The position numbers were made by a program, and so were the translations under genes. A stretch of 32,000 nt of DNA from assembly GCF_000018105.1 (NCBI RefSeq), contig NC_009927.1, forward strand, positions 90,001 to 122,000, read 5' to 3'. This DNA comes from Acaryochloris marina MBIC11017 (GTDB lineage Bacteria; Cyanobacteriota; Cyanobacteriia; Thermosynechococcales; Thermosynechococcaceae). Under the pieces are notes generated by a model, which worked only from the letters and a program-made list of their open reading frames with translations, made no database searches and was not told the DNA's origin. Each line of letters opens with the position of its first letter. Position 1 is the first letter of the stretch. Positions 1 through 8,743 of this stretch are shown here, piece after piece.

Positions 1-841
1 GATGGGATGTACGGTTCATGGAATCTGTGACCAGGTTGCCACCGTTATATTCCAACTCAATGCCTTTGAGATAGTCAGCGTGGTAATTGGACCCCATTGA
101 GATGAGACCAGCATCAAGTTCTACGACGGAACTATCATCCAGCTCAACACCCGACATTTGATGGTTTTCACCGAGGAACTGACGGATGGGCCGTTCATTT
201 AAGGTGTAGCCTGCTTCGGTGAAGCGCTCTCGCATCTCATGCCCCACTTCAAATAAACCATTTGTGAATAGGGTGATATGTGGAGTGAACCAACCCAGCG
301 GGAAAGCAACTTGTAGACTACCTTCACTGCTGCCAAAGACACCAACTCGCTGGTCGCGCATTTCGTAGCCGTCACAAATCAGACAGACATGTAAGTTGTG
401 TCCAGCGTAGTCAAACACGTTTTTCATGTCGGCGAGCTGAGGCAGATGGTCAATGATGCCACTGCCTGCGATCAGATAGCGACTGTGAAAAACTTCATAG
501 GTCGGATTTTTTCGACCGATACGGACTTTCACAGCAAAGGTTTCGCCTTCATCGATAATCTCTTCCACATAGGCGTTCAAATAATCACCCTCTAGAGAGA
601 GAAAGTGTTCTTTACCTTGCTTAAGGACTTCTCGACCGGGCGTGTCTGGAGGCAAACCCAAGTAATTGTGAAGTTCCTGCATCCAAAATGAGCGAGCTTT
701 ACCTTTATCGATAATCAATGTGGAGAGTAAGTAACGCTGAAGATAAATACCCGCTGACAAGCCAGCAGCACCACCACCAACTACCAAAACATCGTAGATT
801 TGGTCGGTGTGTTGATTAACAGTTTGTCTCGTCAATTGCAT
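1..841 (-). CDS. FAD/NAD(P)-dependent pyridine nucleotide-disulfide oxidoreductase (thioredoxin-reductase-like); 3' end lies outside the window
   Basis: Absent from the ORF track because it is open at the window edge. The reverse-strand ATG (complement of 839..841) gives MQLTRQTVNQHTDQIYDVLVVGGGAAGLSAGIYLQRY... with a GxGxxG dinucleotide fold. My manual translation runs without a stop to base 1 and includes HVCLICDGYE (CxxC). Confidence 0.75.
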   Translation of the reverse strand, partial: MQLTRQTVNQHTDQIYDVLVVGGGAAGLSAGIYLQRYLLSTLIIDKGKARSFWMQELHNYLGLPPDTPGREVLKQGKEHFLSLEGDYLNAYVEEIIDEGETFAVKVRIGRKNPTYEVFHSRYLIAGSGIIDHLPQLADMKNVFDYAGHNLHVCLICDGYEMRDQRVGVFGSSEGSLQVAFPLGWFTPHITLFTNGLFEVGHEMRERFTEAGYTLNERPIRQFLGENHQMSGVELDDSSVVELDAGLISMGSNYHADYLKGIELEYNGGNLVTDSMNRTSH

Positions 842-949
842 CTGAACCTCCCAAAAATCAAAGCTTATAGATTGCATCAGTCCCACAAGGAGAAGCGTCC
901 AAGTAAAGACACTCTAGATTTTTATGTAGAACGCTCTGTCTACTTGTAT

Positions 950-970
950 TATTTAGACAGGTCTGTATAT
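950..970. promoter_or_regulatory. Operator-like 21-nt repeat, copy 1 (TATTTAGACAGGTCTGTATAT)
   Basis: Exact 21-nt match to 1106..1126. Contains the AGAC-N2-GTCT inverted core. Lies in the divergent spacer between the flavoprotein (ATG at 841) and tetR (ATG at 1136). Confidence 0.5.
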
Positions 971-1105
971 TGTCAAGTCTTTTTTTAAGTTCTTGGCAAA
1001 TGCGTTTAAGGTCTGAGGTGGAAAGAGATTAGCCGCTGCTCCAGAGAAAAGCTTGAATGGTAGCTATCTCCTCGTTACTTGCTACTTGGTGGATAACTGA
1101 AATAA

Positions 1106-1126
1106 TATTTAGACAGGTCTGTATAT
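1106..1126. promoter_or_regulatory. Operator-like 21-nt repeat, copy 2
   Basis: Identical to 950..970. Ends 10 nt before the tetR ATG. With one extra 5' base it is a pseudo-palindrome, ATATTTAGACAGGTCTGTATAT, with 8 of 11 symmetric pairs. Confidence 0.5.
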
Positions 1127-1135
1127 ATCTGAAGT

Positions 1136-1702
1136 ATGACTCGCCCAAAATCGCCTCGTTCCTCAGTCCGAGATCGGATTCTTGATACGGCTTCTGAGCT
1201 GTTCTATCAAGAAGGTACGCAAAATGTAGGCATTGACCGCATTATTGCTGAGTCGGGTGTGGCTAAAATGTCGCTATATAACCACTTCAAGTCCAAAGAT
1301 GCTCTGATAGCGGCGTGGCTGCAGCAGAGAGATGAGAGCTGGCGGGCTTGGTTTCAAGAGAGAGTCGAGGCTCGTGCGGTGGAACCTTGCGATCGCATCC
1401 TTGCCATTTTTGATGTGCTGGCAGAGTGGTTCAAACAGCCCGATTTTCGAGGATGTGCTTTTATAAACTCCACTGTAGAGCTGGTTGACCCGGAGCATCC
1501 AGGGTATCAAGTGGCGATTGAGCACAAACGTGCGACCTCTGGCTATATTCTTGGATTAGTCACTATGGCCGAGCTAAAGAACCCAGAAGTGCTGACCCAG
1601 CAATTATTAATTTTGATCGAAGGGGCGATTGTGGTGTCTATGATGCAGGGGAACGCCGATGCTGCTCAGCAAGCAAAACAGGTAGCTGCTACCCTACTTT
1701 AA
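1136..1702 (+). CDS. TetR/AcrR family transcriptional regulator
   Basis: 188 aa. N-terminal HTH signature ILDTASELFYQEGTQNVGIDRIIAESGVAKMSLYNHFKSKDALI is typical of the TetR_N domain. Confidence 0.9.
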   Translation: MTRPKSPRSSVRDRILDTASELFYQEGTQNVGIDRIIAESGVAKMSLYNHFKSKDALIAAWLQQRDESWRAWFQERVEARAVEPCDRILAIFDVLAEWFKQPDFRGCAFINSTVELVDPEHPGYQVAIEHKRATSGYILGLVTMAELKNPEVLTQQLLILIEGAIVVSMMQGNADAAQQAKQVAATLL

Positions 1703-2191
1703 GTGTGCTGTCGGGATGTGTCGCAAATAGTGTTTCCGAGTACAAGGAGAGGATGGAATCGAGAGTGATTAAAACCAGGGGAGCATTGATATAACGTACT
1801 TAGAATGAATCTGTCAGAAGTGATTAGCCAAATCCCTGAAAATAGCGACTGATACCCCAAATTTTCCTGATCTTTCTTGTTAAGCAGACTGGAATATTTC
1901 TTCCAGTTCACTCACGCCTTTCATAAAGAACTGCCAATTGTATTCGAGTAATTTGGCCAGTAGAATTAGCGAAAGCTAGTGAGAAGCCTGGCGTTTAGAT
2001 TCTCCAACAAAGAACTGGCTCTGGGTGTCTGTTTCATCGCATTTTGAATCGCCTCATAGAGTTGTAAAGACTTCCAACTCAGTCTCTAATGCAGATCACC
2101 CCAGCTCCTCCAGTAAACTTTGGATGTCGCCTGTTTACGGAAAAAGCGCACCATCTGCCTAACGAGAAACAAAAGCTGCACTTCAGAAGCC

Positions 2192-2698
2192 TTAATCAAA
2201 CAACCGAGAATGGGGAGAATTACTGGGAATACCTGGTTCTTTGTCGAGATCAAAATTAATCACTTGCCAGCGGGGATCTTGCTCGGGATCAGGGCCAAAT
2301 TCTATGGGTAGACCATATAAACTGGGGTGTCCAGATAGGGTTTTATCAGACCAGGGGGAATGCTCTAGAAAAGTGTTAATCAACGTACGATAGCGCCGGG
2401 CGATGATGACCTTGGTCGCCCGATATCCTTCGTTATAGAGCCGATCCAACGCTTCATGAATTTCGAAACGAATGCCATCTGGATGGGTATGTTGGCGATA
2501 CCATTGCCCTTCCCATAATCGCCAATGGCGTCCAGATTGTAAGTGCACTAAATCTTCAGTATTGGGATCGGCTTCAAATGCACCGTGACGTTGGCAAAGA
2601 TAGGTATCCGTTAAGGTCAAAGCTGACATCATTTGTCGGCAATGGGGGCAGGGCGTCTCAGGCCCAAAAATCGGATAGTGCATGCTGACATGTGTCAT
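2192..2698 (-). CDS. Conserved hypothetical protein with an N-terminal CxxC...CxxH zinc-ribbon-like motif
   Basis: 168-aa ORF with PCPHCRQ...YLCQRHG near the N-terminus. Same strand as the Zur-like gene and 190 bp downstream of it. I did not recognise a family with confidence. Confidence 0.55.
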   Translation of the reverse strand: MTHVSMHYPIFGPETPCPHCRQMMSALTLTDTYLCQRHGAFEADPNTEDLVHLQSGRHWRLWEGQWYRQHTHPDGIRFEIHEALDRLYNEGYRATKVIIARRYRTLINTFLEHSPWSDKTLSGHPSLYGLPIEFGPDPEQDPRWQVINFDLDKEPGIPSNSPHSRLFD

Positions 2699-2888
2699 GA
2701 AGTCAGGGAGAGCCGAAGAACGTGGGTTGCCGCAAAGGTGGCATCATAATAACCTTCAAAGAGCTGGCGTTTTTGATCAATAATCAGGTCAAATTTATCT
2801 TGAAAAATAGAGTGTTCTTGCTTCAGAAATAATTAAATACCTGCTGTTATGAAGCCAAAGAGATTTAGGCTTGCCTAATCCCCTTTTT

Positions 2889-3290
2889 TCAGGCTGAAAC
2901 CTCAACTTCAATGCAATTCTGACACAGACCAAATACTTCTAGAGTGTGGTAAAAAACTTGAAATTCCTGTGTTTGCGCTAGTTCCTGCTCTAACTTGTGG
3001 ACTGGACAGTTCATTAAGGGCATGGAAGTGCCACAGTTGACACAGGTGAGGTGATGTCGATGGACTGAGGCAAGACTATAAACCGCTTCTCCATTTGGTA
3101 AAGAACGCATTTGAACTTTTCCACACTTCTGAAGGACCTTAAGGGCACGGTAAACCGTTGCCAATCCCACTCTTTGTTGCTGCTTACCAAATTCTTGATG
3201 CAGATCTTGGGCAGAGAATTCTTGAGGAGTGGAAAAGAGGACTTCCAACACGCGCCGCTGATGGGGAGTTAGTTTCTCTGGCATACTCAC
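2889..3290 (-). CDS. zur: Fur-family regulator, Zur (cyanobacterial FurB type)
   Basis: 133 aa. GLATVYRALKVL HTH, HRHHLTCVNCGTSMP, CPVH and FYHTLEVFGLCQNC match my recollection of Anabaena FurB/Zur. An AT-rich Fur-type palindrome sits about 60 nt upstream. Confidence 0.8.
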   Translation of the reverse strand: MSMPEKLTPHQRRVLEVLFSTPQEFSAQDLHQEFGKQQQRVGLATVYRALKVLQKCGKVQMRSLPNGEAVYSLASVHRHHLTCVNCGTSMPLMNCPVHKLEQELAQTQEFQVFYHTLEVFGLCQNCIEVEVSA

Positions 3291-3346
3291 CTTCTTATTA
3301 CGTCTTGAACGAGAACAGTGTGATTGCAGATCTCAAGAGTTATCAG

Positions 3347-3364
3347 AATGATTATCATTATCAT
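3347..3364. promoter_or_regulatory. Zur-box-like motif AATGATTATCATTATCAT upstream of zur
   Basis: Exact 18-mer shared with 4747..4764 and 29571..29588. The core AATGAT-T-ATCATT is a 6-1-6 palindrome. It lies 57-74 nt upstream of the zur ATG (3290). Confidence 0.7.
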
Positions 3365-3592
3365 TTCATAATAGCGGCTCTACTCGAGAAACCGTCAATA
3401 TTTCGCTCCAACCCTCACTTCTGGGAAGTCTCGTCAGTTAATGCTGTATCAAACATCTCGTAAGCGAGGCAACCCGTTGAGCTTTGCCCGTAATCTCTTT
3501 ACCGATTACGACGATAGAGTGCTGGGCTGGTGGGGTATGCAGGGGCATGGCGGACGTTGAGCAATCTAGAATCTTTTCAGTAGATACAGGAT

Positions 3593-4714
3593 TTAGCAGA
3601 TACAGTCGTTGTCGCAACAAGACAGGTCATCGAGAAACATGCCTTGCTGGCGGTAGATTTCTAGAGGTGCAGGGTCAAGGTCTAACCGACGTGCGATCGC
3701 ATCAGCCACTACCGCAAACCGCTGGCGAAATTTATAGATAAAGCAAAAAATAACATCGTGATGACGGACTGAGGGGCCAACCACAAATAGACCTGGCGTC
3801 AGCGTAGACTCATCTTGATCATTCAACATGGCATAACCCTCCGACCAATCGAACAGCGATGCAATCTGTTGCAAGCTGGTCTCAAAACCAGTACAGAGAA
3901 TCGGGGGATGAGCCGTCAGCCATTTATGGTATTCGCTGAAGACAGCATAGCCCTCTGACACTTTTTTGACTTCCTCAATGGAGACATTGCCAATCAGTTC
4001 GAGACGGCCCGTTTGAACGGCTAGCTTTACGCGCTGCACTGTATAGGGAGACAACGCAATACTCGGATCAGTATCCGGGTTGTCCCAAGCCCCAGTCCGA
4101 TCTAAAACCCTGACGCTCTTCCCTAAGGCGACTAGGTTGGTCGCGGCATCCATACCACTTTCATAGCCGCCGATGATCGTAAATTCATCCCCTGGTAAAT
4201 TTTTCCAAGAGCGAATCTGAGAATTGTGAATACAATGGTCTGCTCCCACAAATGGATTTAACCTTGGGTATTGGAATTCTCCAGCAGCCCAGATCACAAA
4301 CTGGGTTTTGATGTCTCCACCAGACGTCTTGAGGATAAAGCCACGACACTGAGAAAGGGGTTCAATATCCAAAACGTCTGTTTCTGTCTTCACAGGCAAC
4401 TGGAAGTGATTGGCCACCGTTTGCAAGTAGAGGGCATACTGCTGGCCATTGATATGTTCTCGGCGAAAGGCGACCGCTGGCGATGTTTTCAGGGTAATGG
4501 CATTGAGATCAAGTAGGCCAAAACCATGACTCGGAAACGAGGGGGTGATTAAGTTCATCTCTGCTGGCCAGCGACTAAAGGAGGCTCCGACCTGCTGCCG
4601 TTCCAACAGGATAAAGTTTTTCAGGCCCAGATCTTGAAGCGCGACCGCACAACCTACCCCGGCTGGCCCTGCCCCGACTATCACCACGTCATAGGAAGAA
4701 GTTGTCTCTTTCAT
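3593..4714 (-). CDS. FAD-dependent oxidoreductase (flavin monooxygenase / Pyr_redox-like) with a Cys-rich C-terminal tail
   Basis: I place the start at MKETTSSYDVVIVGAGPAGVG (ATG complement 4712..4714). The ORF-track start at 4798 would translate the Zur box. A second dinucleotide fold is FTIIGGYESGMDAA. The C-terminus is DDLSCCDNDCIC. Confidence 0.8.
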   Translation of the reverse strand: MKETTSSYDVVIVGAGPAGVGCAVALQDLGLKNFILLERQQVGASFSRWPAEMNLITPSFPSHGFGLLDLNAITLKTSPAVAFRREHINGQQYALYLQTVANHFQLPVKTETDVLDIEPLSQCRGFILKTSGGDIKTQFVIWAAGEFQYPRLNPFVGADHCIHNSQIRSWKNLPGDEFTIIGGYESGMDAATNLVALGKSVRVLDRTGAWDNPDTDPSIALSPYTVQRVKLAVQTGRLELIGNVSIEEVKKVSEGYAVFSEYHKWLTAHPPILCTGFETSLQQIASLFDWSEGYAMLNDQDESTLTPGLFVVGPSVRHHDVIFCFIYKFRQRFAVVADAIARRLDLDPAPLEIYRQQGMFLDDLSCCDNDCIC

Positions 4715-4744
4715 GGATAGACTTGCTGCCAGCAGGATTTTAAT

Positions 4745-4764
4745 ATAATGATTATCATTATCAT
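4745..4764. promoter_or_regulatory. Zur-box-like motif upstream of the flavoprotein gene
   Basis: ATAATGAT-T-ATCATTAT is an 8-1-8 palindrome (4745..4761) and contains the shared 18-mer (4747..4764). It lies 31-50 nt upstream of the ATG at 4714. Confidence 0.7.
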
Positions 4765-5100
4765 AATTTTTTAGAATCAGCCAACGCCCCCATCCCATCT
4801 GATACAGAACGGATAAGCATAAGCTGGTGGACTAAATTCTAGGGAAAGTCCATAGAGCCGAGATTTAGCATAGTAAATCTGTCACCATCAGTCAGATTGG
4901 GACTCTAAATGGGGCTGGACTAGCGCTTCATATCGCTGAGCAAGGATAAGGTTGATCGCTCAAACACCCTGTTAATGCAGGCGATCAGCAATTACAGAGA
5001 GCAAAAAATCCGCTATTCTTTTCTCAATAAAATCTTCTTGTTGCTAAAGCATCCATGTATAGTTAGACTTTCAATAAGCTTATGTTCTTGAGAAAAGACT

Positions 5101-5529
5101 ATGTACGACGCTAACTCGCTCAAAGCGGAACTGAACGATCGAGGTTGGCGCCTCACCCCTCAGCGGGAAACCATTCTTAATGTGTTTATAGACCTCGAAA
5201 AAGGCAAACATTTGAGTGCCGAAGATTTAGATACTCTCCTGCAAGAACAGGGTAAGCCCATTAGTTTATCGACCATTTATCGAACGGTGAAATTAATGGC
5301 TCGCATGGGGATTTTGCGAGAGTTAGAATTAGCTGAAGGTCATAAACACTATGAACTGAATCAGCCCTATCCCCACCATCATCACCATCTAATTTGTGTT
5401 AAATGCAATGAAACCATTGAGTTTAAAAGTGATGCTGTTCTGAAAATCGGTTCCAAGACAGCCAAGAAATTAGGATTTCATCTGTTAGATTGTCAATTAT
5501 CAATTCATGCCATCTGTCCTCAATGTTAG
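5101..5529 (+). CDS. fur: Ferric uptake regulator (cyanobacterial FurA type)
   Basis: 142 aa. SLKAELNDRGWRLTPQRETIL, ISLSTIYRTVKLMARMGILRELELAEGHKHYE, PHHHHHLICVKCNETIEF and HAICPQC closely resemble FurA of Anabaena/Synechocystis as I recall them. Confidence 0.9.
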   Translation: MYDANSLKAELNDRGWRLTPQRETILNVFIDLEKGKHLSAEDLDTLLQEQGKPISLSTIYRTVKLMARMGILRELELAEGHKHYELNQPYPHHHHHLICVKCNETIEFKSDAVLKIGSKTAKKLGFHLLDCQLSIHAICPQC

Positions 5530-5682
5530 CGGTCCTTACTACCCATCTGAATCAAGGGCTTGTCAATGGTGAATTAAGTCTGGGAAAAATTGCGAAAAGT
5601 TCTGGGCAAATCATTGGTAATGGGTCATCACTCTGCGATTGCAGGATATAAGATTAACGGGGTATCTAAACGCTTTTTGCCT

Positions 5683-6108
5683 TTATTCGGGGTGGCAGCG
5701 ATTGCAATATCCACCATACAGCGTGATCTCATAATGAGTGACCTGTAACCCAGGGCGAAGCGCCTTAAGATCTAAATCCTGAAGCTGATCCCAGGCAATA
5801 TCCTCAATCGCTCCACAAGACTGACATCGGAAGTGATGGTGAGGTTCGATATTGGCATCATAACGACAAACACCTTCTTCTAAGAGAACCTCTCGAACAA
5901 GCCCCACTTCGCGTAAGGCCTGGAGTGAGGAGTAGACCGTTGCCTGAGAAGAGGTAGGTCCATCTTGATTCAGATGATTCGTAATTTGCTCCGCAGTTGG
6001 GTGGTCTGAGCGAGCTAGTAAGTCTGCATAGACTGCAAAACGCTGGGGTGTGACTCGCAGGCCTTTCGCTTTTAAAGTTTGGATAATTTTATCTGCTTGT
6101 TGTTGCAT
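5683..6108 (-). CDS. Fur-family regulator, PerR-like
   Basis: 141 aa. LRVTPQRFAVY, ATVYSSLQALREVGLV, PHHHFRCQSCGAIEDI and C-terminal CNRC give two CxxC pairs. The PerR assignment rests only on the HHHF.C..CG context. Confidence 0.7.
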   Translation of the reverse strand: MQQQADKIIQTLKAKGLRVTPQRFAVYADLLARSDHPTAEQITNHLNQDGPTSSQATVYSSLQALREVGLVREVLLEEGVCRYDANIEPHHHFRCQSCGAIEDIAWDQLQDLDLKALRPGLQVTHYEITLYGGYCNRCHPE

Positions 6109-6541
6109 CTATAAGTACCTACAGAAAAGTGCTAGCCATCTCTAAGAAGGAACATCTGGGGTCAAAAAATAGCTATGTGAAGCCTAGTATCCATAACTGT
6201 AAGTATCCATATCTAAATATTAATCAAAAATCAAAGTAATAAATGCTACCTAATAACTTCTAGACAAGATTTATTCTGAGAAATGCCTGTGATAGAACAA
6301 CACGGCTTGGATCAAAAAATAAAAACTTTCCAATAAATTGCCGTTCTCAGGAAAGTTTTTGGAAATTTTCCAAGGATGCTTACTAGATATAGCTTTCAAC
6401 GATCACGTGGTACTTGGATGCAGATTCGCGATCTTTAAGCCTAAACGAGAGGGCTATCATGCTCCATCTACTGATTACTGGGCCAACGAATGGTTACAGA
6501 CAGTGACTTTTAGGCTGCTCCACGAAATTCAAAAGAATAAA

Positions 6542-6558
6542 ATGATACGATGTATCAT
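6542..6558. promoter_or_regulatory. 7-3-7 perfect inverted repeat ATGATAC-GAT-GTATCAT upstream of the COG0523 gene
   Basis: Seen directly. It lies 72-88 nt upstream of the ATG at 6630 and is flanked by AATGAT/ATCATT half sites. It is a Fur-family-like operator but differs from the 18-mer used at the other promoters. Confidence 0.45.
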
Positions 6559-6629
6559 ATCATTTGTTTTCAATATTCAATCAGTTGGCCAAACCAAAGA
6601 CGAACCATATTGAAATGTAATAGAAATCA

Positions 6630-7838
6630 ATGAGACATACAAACAAACTCCCCGTCACCGTACTTTCAGGTTTCCTTGGGGCCGGTAAAACCACCGTGCT
6701 GAGCCACATTCTGAACAACCGGGAAGGCAAGAAGGTCGCCGTAATTGTCAATGATATGAGTGAAATCAACATTGATTCGGCGATAGTACAAAGTGAAGTT
6801 TCTCTCAACCGCAGCGAGGAAAAGCTTGTTGAAATGAGTAATGGCTGCATTTGTTGCACCTTACGGGAAGATTTGCTTGAGGAAGTTAACAAGCTTGCAC
6901 GGGAGGGTCGCTTTGATTATTTAGTAATTGAATCCACTGGTATTTCTGAACCTTTACCTGTAGCTGAAACTTTTACCTTTACGGATGAAGATGGCGCTTC
7001 GCTTTCTGATGTTGCCGATCTAGACACAATGGTGACCGTGGTCGATGCAGTCAATTTTCTGGAGGACTATGAAAAGGCGCGATCCTTAAAGGATACGGGT
7101 GAATCTTTGGGTGAAGAAGATGAACGCAGTGTCGCCGATTTGCTGGTCGATCAAGTGGAGTTTGCCGACGTCATTCTCATAAGCAAAACCGACTTGGTGC
7201 TCCCTTCTGATATCGAGCGCTTAACAGCCATTCTTAAAACGCTGAATACGCACGCGAAAATAGTACCGATTGCTCAAGGCCAAGTTAATATTGATCATGT
7301 GCTTAGCACCGGATTATTCGATTTCGAGCGCGCACAACAAGCGGCTGGTTGGCTCAAGGAGATGCGAGGTGAGCATGTCCCTGAAACCGAAGAATACGGC
7401 ATAGGCAGTTTTAGCTACGTTGCGCGACGACCTTTCCATCCAGAAAAGTTTTACCAGTTTCTGTCCAGTAGAGACAAATACGGTAAGTTAATCCGTTCTA
7501 AAGGGTACTTCTGGCTAGCTTCGCGCCCTCAGTTTGCGGGTCACTGGAGTCAGGCTGGAGGCATAGCTCGCCACGGTGTCGCAGGGATGTTCTGGAAAGC
7601 CGTACCCAAGGAAAACTGGCCACAAGACGAAGAATATCTCGCCGCAATTAAAAAGCAATGGGTAGAGCCTTTTGGTGATATGCGTCAGGAACTAGTTTTT
7701 ATCGGCCAGGGTTTGGATAAAGAACGCATCACACAAGCGCTTGATGAATGTCTATTAAGCGAGGAAGAAATTGTGCGGGGCCACACTTATTGGAAATCAT
7801 TAAACGACCCATTTCCTGAGTGGGGTCACAGCGCATGA
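6630..7838 (+). CDS. COG0523 family GTPase (ZigA/YeiR-type putative zinc metallochaperone)
   Basis: 402 aa. P-loop GFLGAGKTT, metal-binding GCICCT motif, [10 protein letters not shown] switch and SKTDL. The long C-terminal CobW_C-like domain is typical of the roughly 400-aa ZigA class. Confidence 0.9.
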   Translation: MRHTNKLPVTVLSGFLGAGKTTVLSHILNNREGKKVAVIVNDMSEINIDSAIVQSEVSLNRSEEKLVEMSNGCICCTLREDLLEEVNKLAREGRFDYLVIESTGISEPLPVAETFTFTDEDGASLSDVADLDTMVTVVDAVNFLEDYEKARSLKDTGESLGEEDERSVADLLVDQVEFADVILISKTDLVLPSDIERLTAILKTLNTHAKIVPIAQGQVNIDHVLSTGLFDFERAQQAAGWLKEMRGEHVPETEEYGIGSFSYVARRPFHPEKFYQFLSSRDKYGKLIRSKGYFWLASRPQFAGHWSQAGGIARHGVAGMFWKAVPKENWPQDEEYLAAIKKQWVEPFGDMRQELVFIGQGLDKERITQALDECLLSEEEIVRGHTYWKSLNDPFPEWGHSA

Positions 7839-8086
7839 GTTCACTAATATGAATTACTCACTTTTAACAGATGTAATGAACTCAGAAGAACATGATGAAA
7901 GTGCCCACAGCGAAATATCTGCGAGCTAGTGCTTTAGCTGTAAAGGCCTTAAAGATTGACTTGTGTAATGGCCCTATTTATTGAAGTTCCCCGGAGTAAA
8001 AAAGCGATGTGCTGTGGGCAACAGAAATCAAGCAGAGCATGGTGACGTTGGCCTCTACTAAAAATGCAATTTCGTTGAGATAAAGA

Positions 8087-8572
8087 ATGGATGCTATTCA
8101 ACGGGTTATCGATCACGCAGAGCGACGCTGTAAAGAAAACGGCTCGCGTTTCACTAAAAAAAGAAAACTAGCGCTATCACTGTTACTTAAATCGGGCAAA
8201 GCACTCTCTGCTTATGAGTTAGTGGAGGCTTATAAAACTGAATTGGGTGACACCATGCCTGCCATGTCTATGTATCGAATTTTAGAGTTTTTAATGGCAG
8301 AGAACTTGGTGCATCGCCTTGATCTGATCAATAAGTATGTCGCTTGCGAACACATAAAGTGCGAACACGAACATGCTCAGACGCAATTTTTAATCTGCGG
8401 TCAGTGCCAAAAAGTTAAGGAAGTCGCGATAAGCGCACCAATTATGGATTTGCTAAAGAAAAACACTAGCGATGCAGGCTTTCATCTTGCGAGTCCACAA
8501 TTAGAAATAAACTGTATATGCCAAGATTGTATGTCAACAGAATTGAGAGCCTACAGTGTGGGGAGGTATTGA
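8087..8572 (+). CDS. Fur-family regulator resembling gammaproteobacterial (E. coli-type) Zur
   Basis: 161 aa. The layout AERRC..NG.R.T..R...L.LL....ALSAYEL...P..SMYRILEFL.AENLVHR...YVACEH...LICGQCQKVKEV...GFHL...CICQDC parallels E. coli Zur as I recall it (AEKIC..RNVRLTPQR, AISAYDL, TVYRALDFLLEQGFVHK, FICDRCGAVKEE, GLCAAC). Confidence 0.75.
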   Translation: MDAIQRVIDHAERRCKENGSRFTKKRKLALSLLLKSGKALSAYELVEAYKTELGDTMPAMSMYRILEFLMAENLVHRLDLINKYVACEHIKCEHEHAQTQFLICGQCQKVKEVAISAPIMDLLKKNTSDAGFHLASPQLEINCICQDCMSTELRAYSVGRY

Positions 8573-8743
8573 TTTTCATGGGAGCTACATGTCGATAATT
8601 ATTACCGAAAGGATATTTGTCGTGTTGGCAGGTGACGGCTGAGTAAGTCTGCATTAGCCTTGAGTTTTCGCATAACCTAAAGCATTCGTGGATACACGGT
8701 TTTTTAGCTTCACATTTAGTTAAATTTATAGCGTTTTTATCTC

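Noticed and set aside
1966-2085. Minus-strand fragment RLSWKSLQLYEAIQNAMKQTPRASSLLENLNARLLTSFR resembling the R.SS.VENLNSRLR region of some transposases
   Set aside because: It is only about 39 codons with no start codon, and I cannot name the IS family from memory. It is noted as a possible relic but not annotated.
4715-4798. N-terminal extension of the flavoprotein ORF. The same applies to 29560..29670 for folE, 19630..19818 for cobW, 22655..22723 for the lipoprotein and 18192..18278 for the FAAL.
   Set aside because: The extensions at 4715..4798 and 29560..29670 translate the AT-rich Zur boxes into implausible peptides ([18 protein letters not shown]). In every case they precede a Met that aligns with the conserved N-terminal motif of the family (GxGxxG, P-loop, lipobox).
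6186-6211. Direct repeat AGTATCCATA x2 (16-nt period) upstream of the PerR-like gene, and the GGAAATTTTCC palindrome near 6349
   Set aside because: Ten-nucleotide repeats in a 520-bp AT-rich spacer are expected by chance, and I have no known operator consensus to compare them with.
7851-7931. 26-aa acidic/His small ORF (MNYSLLTDVMNSEEHDESAHSEISAS) between the COG0523 gene and the Zur-like gene
   Set aside because: It has no ribosome-binding site, no recognisable family and no supporting structure. I was looking for zinc-independent ribosomal protein paralogues (L31/L36/S14 C-minus types) and found none here or in the other spacers.
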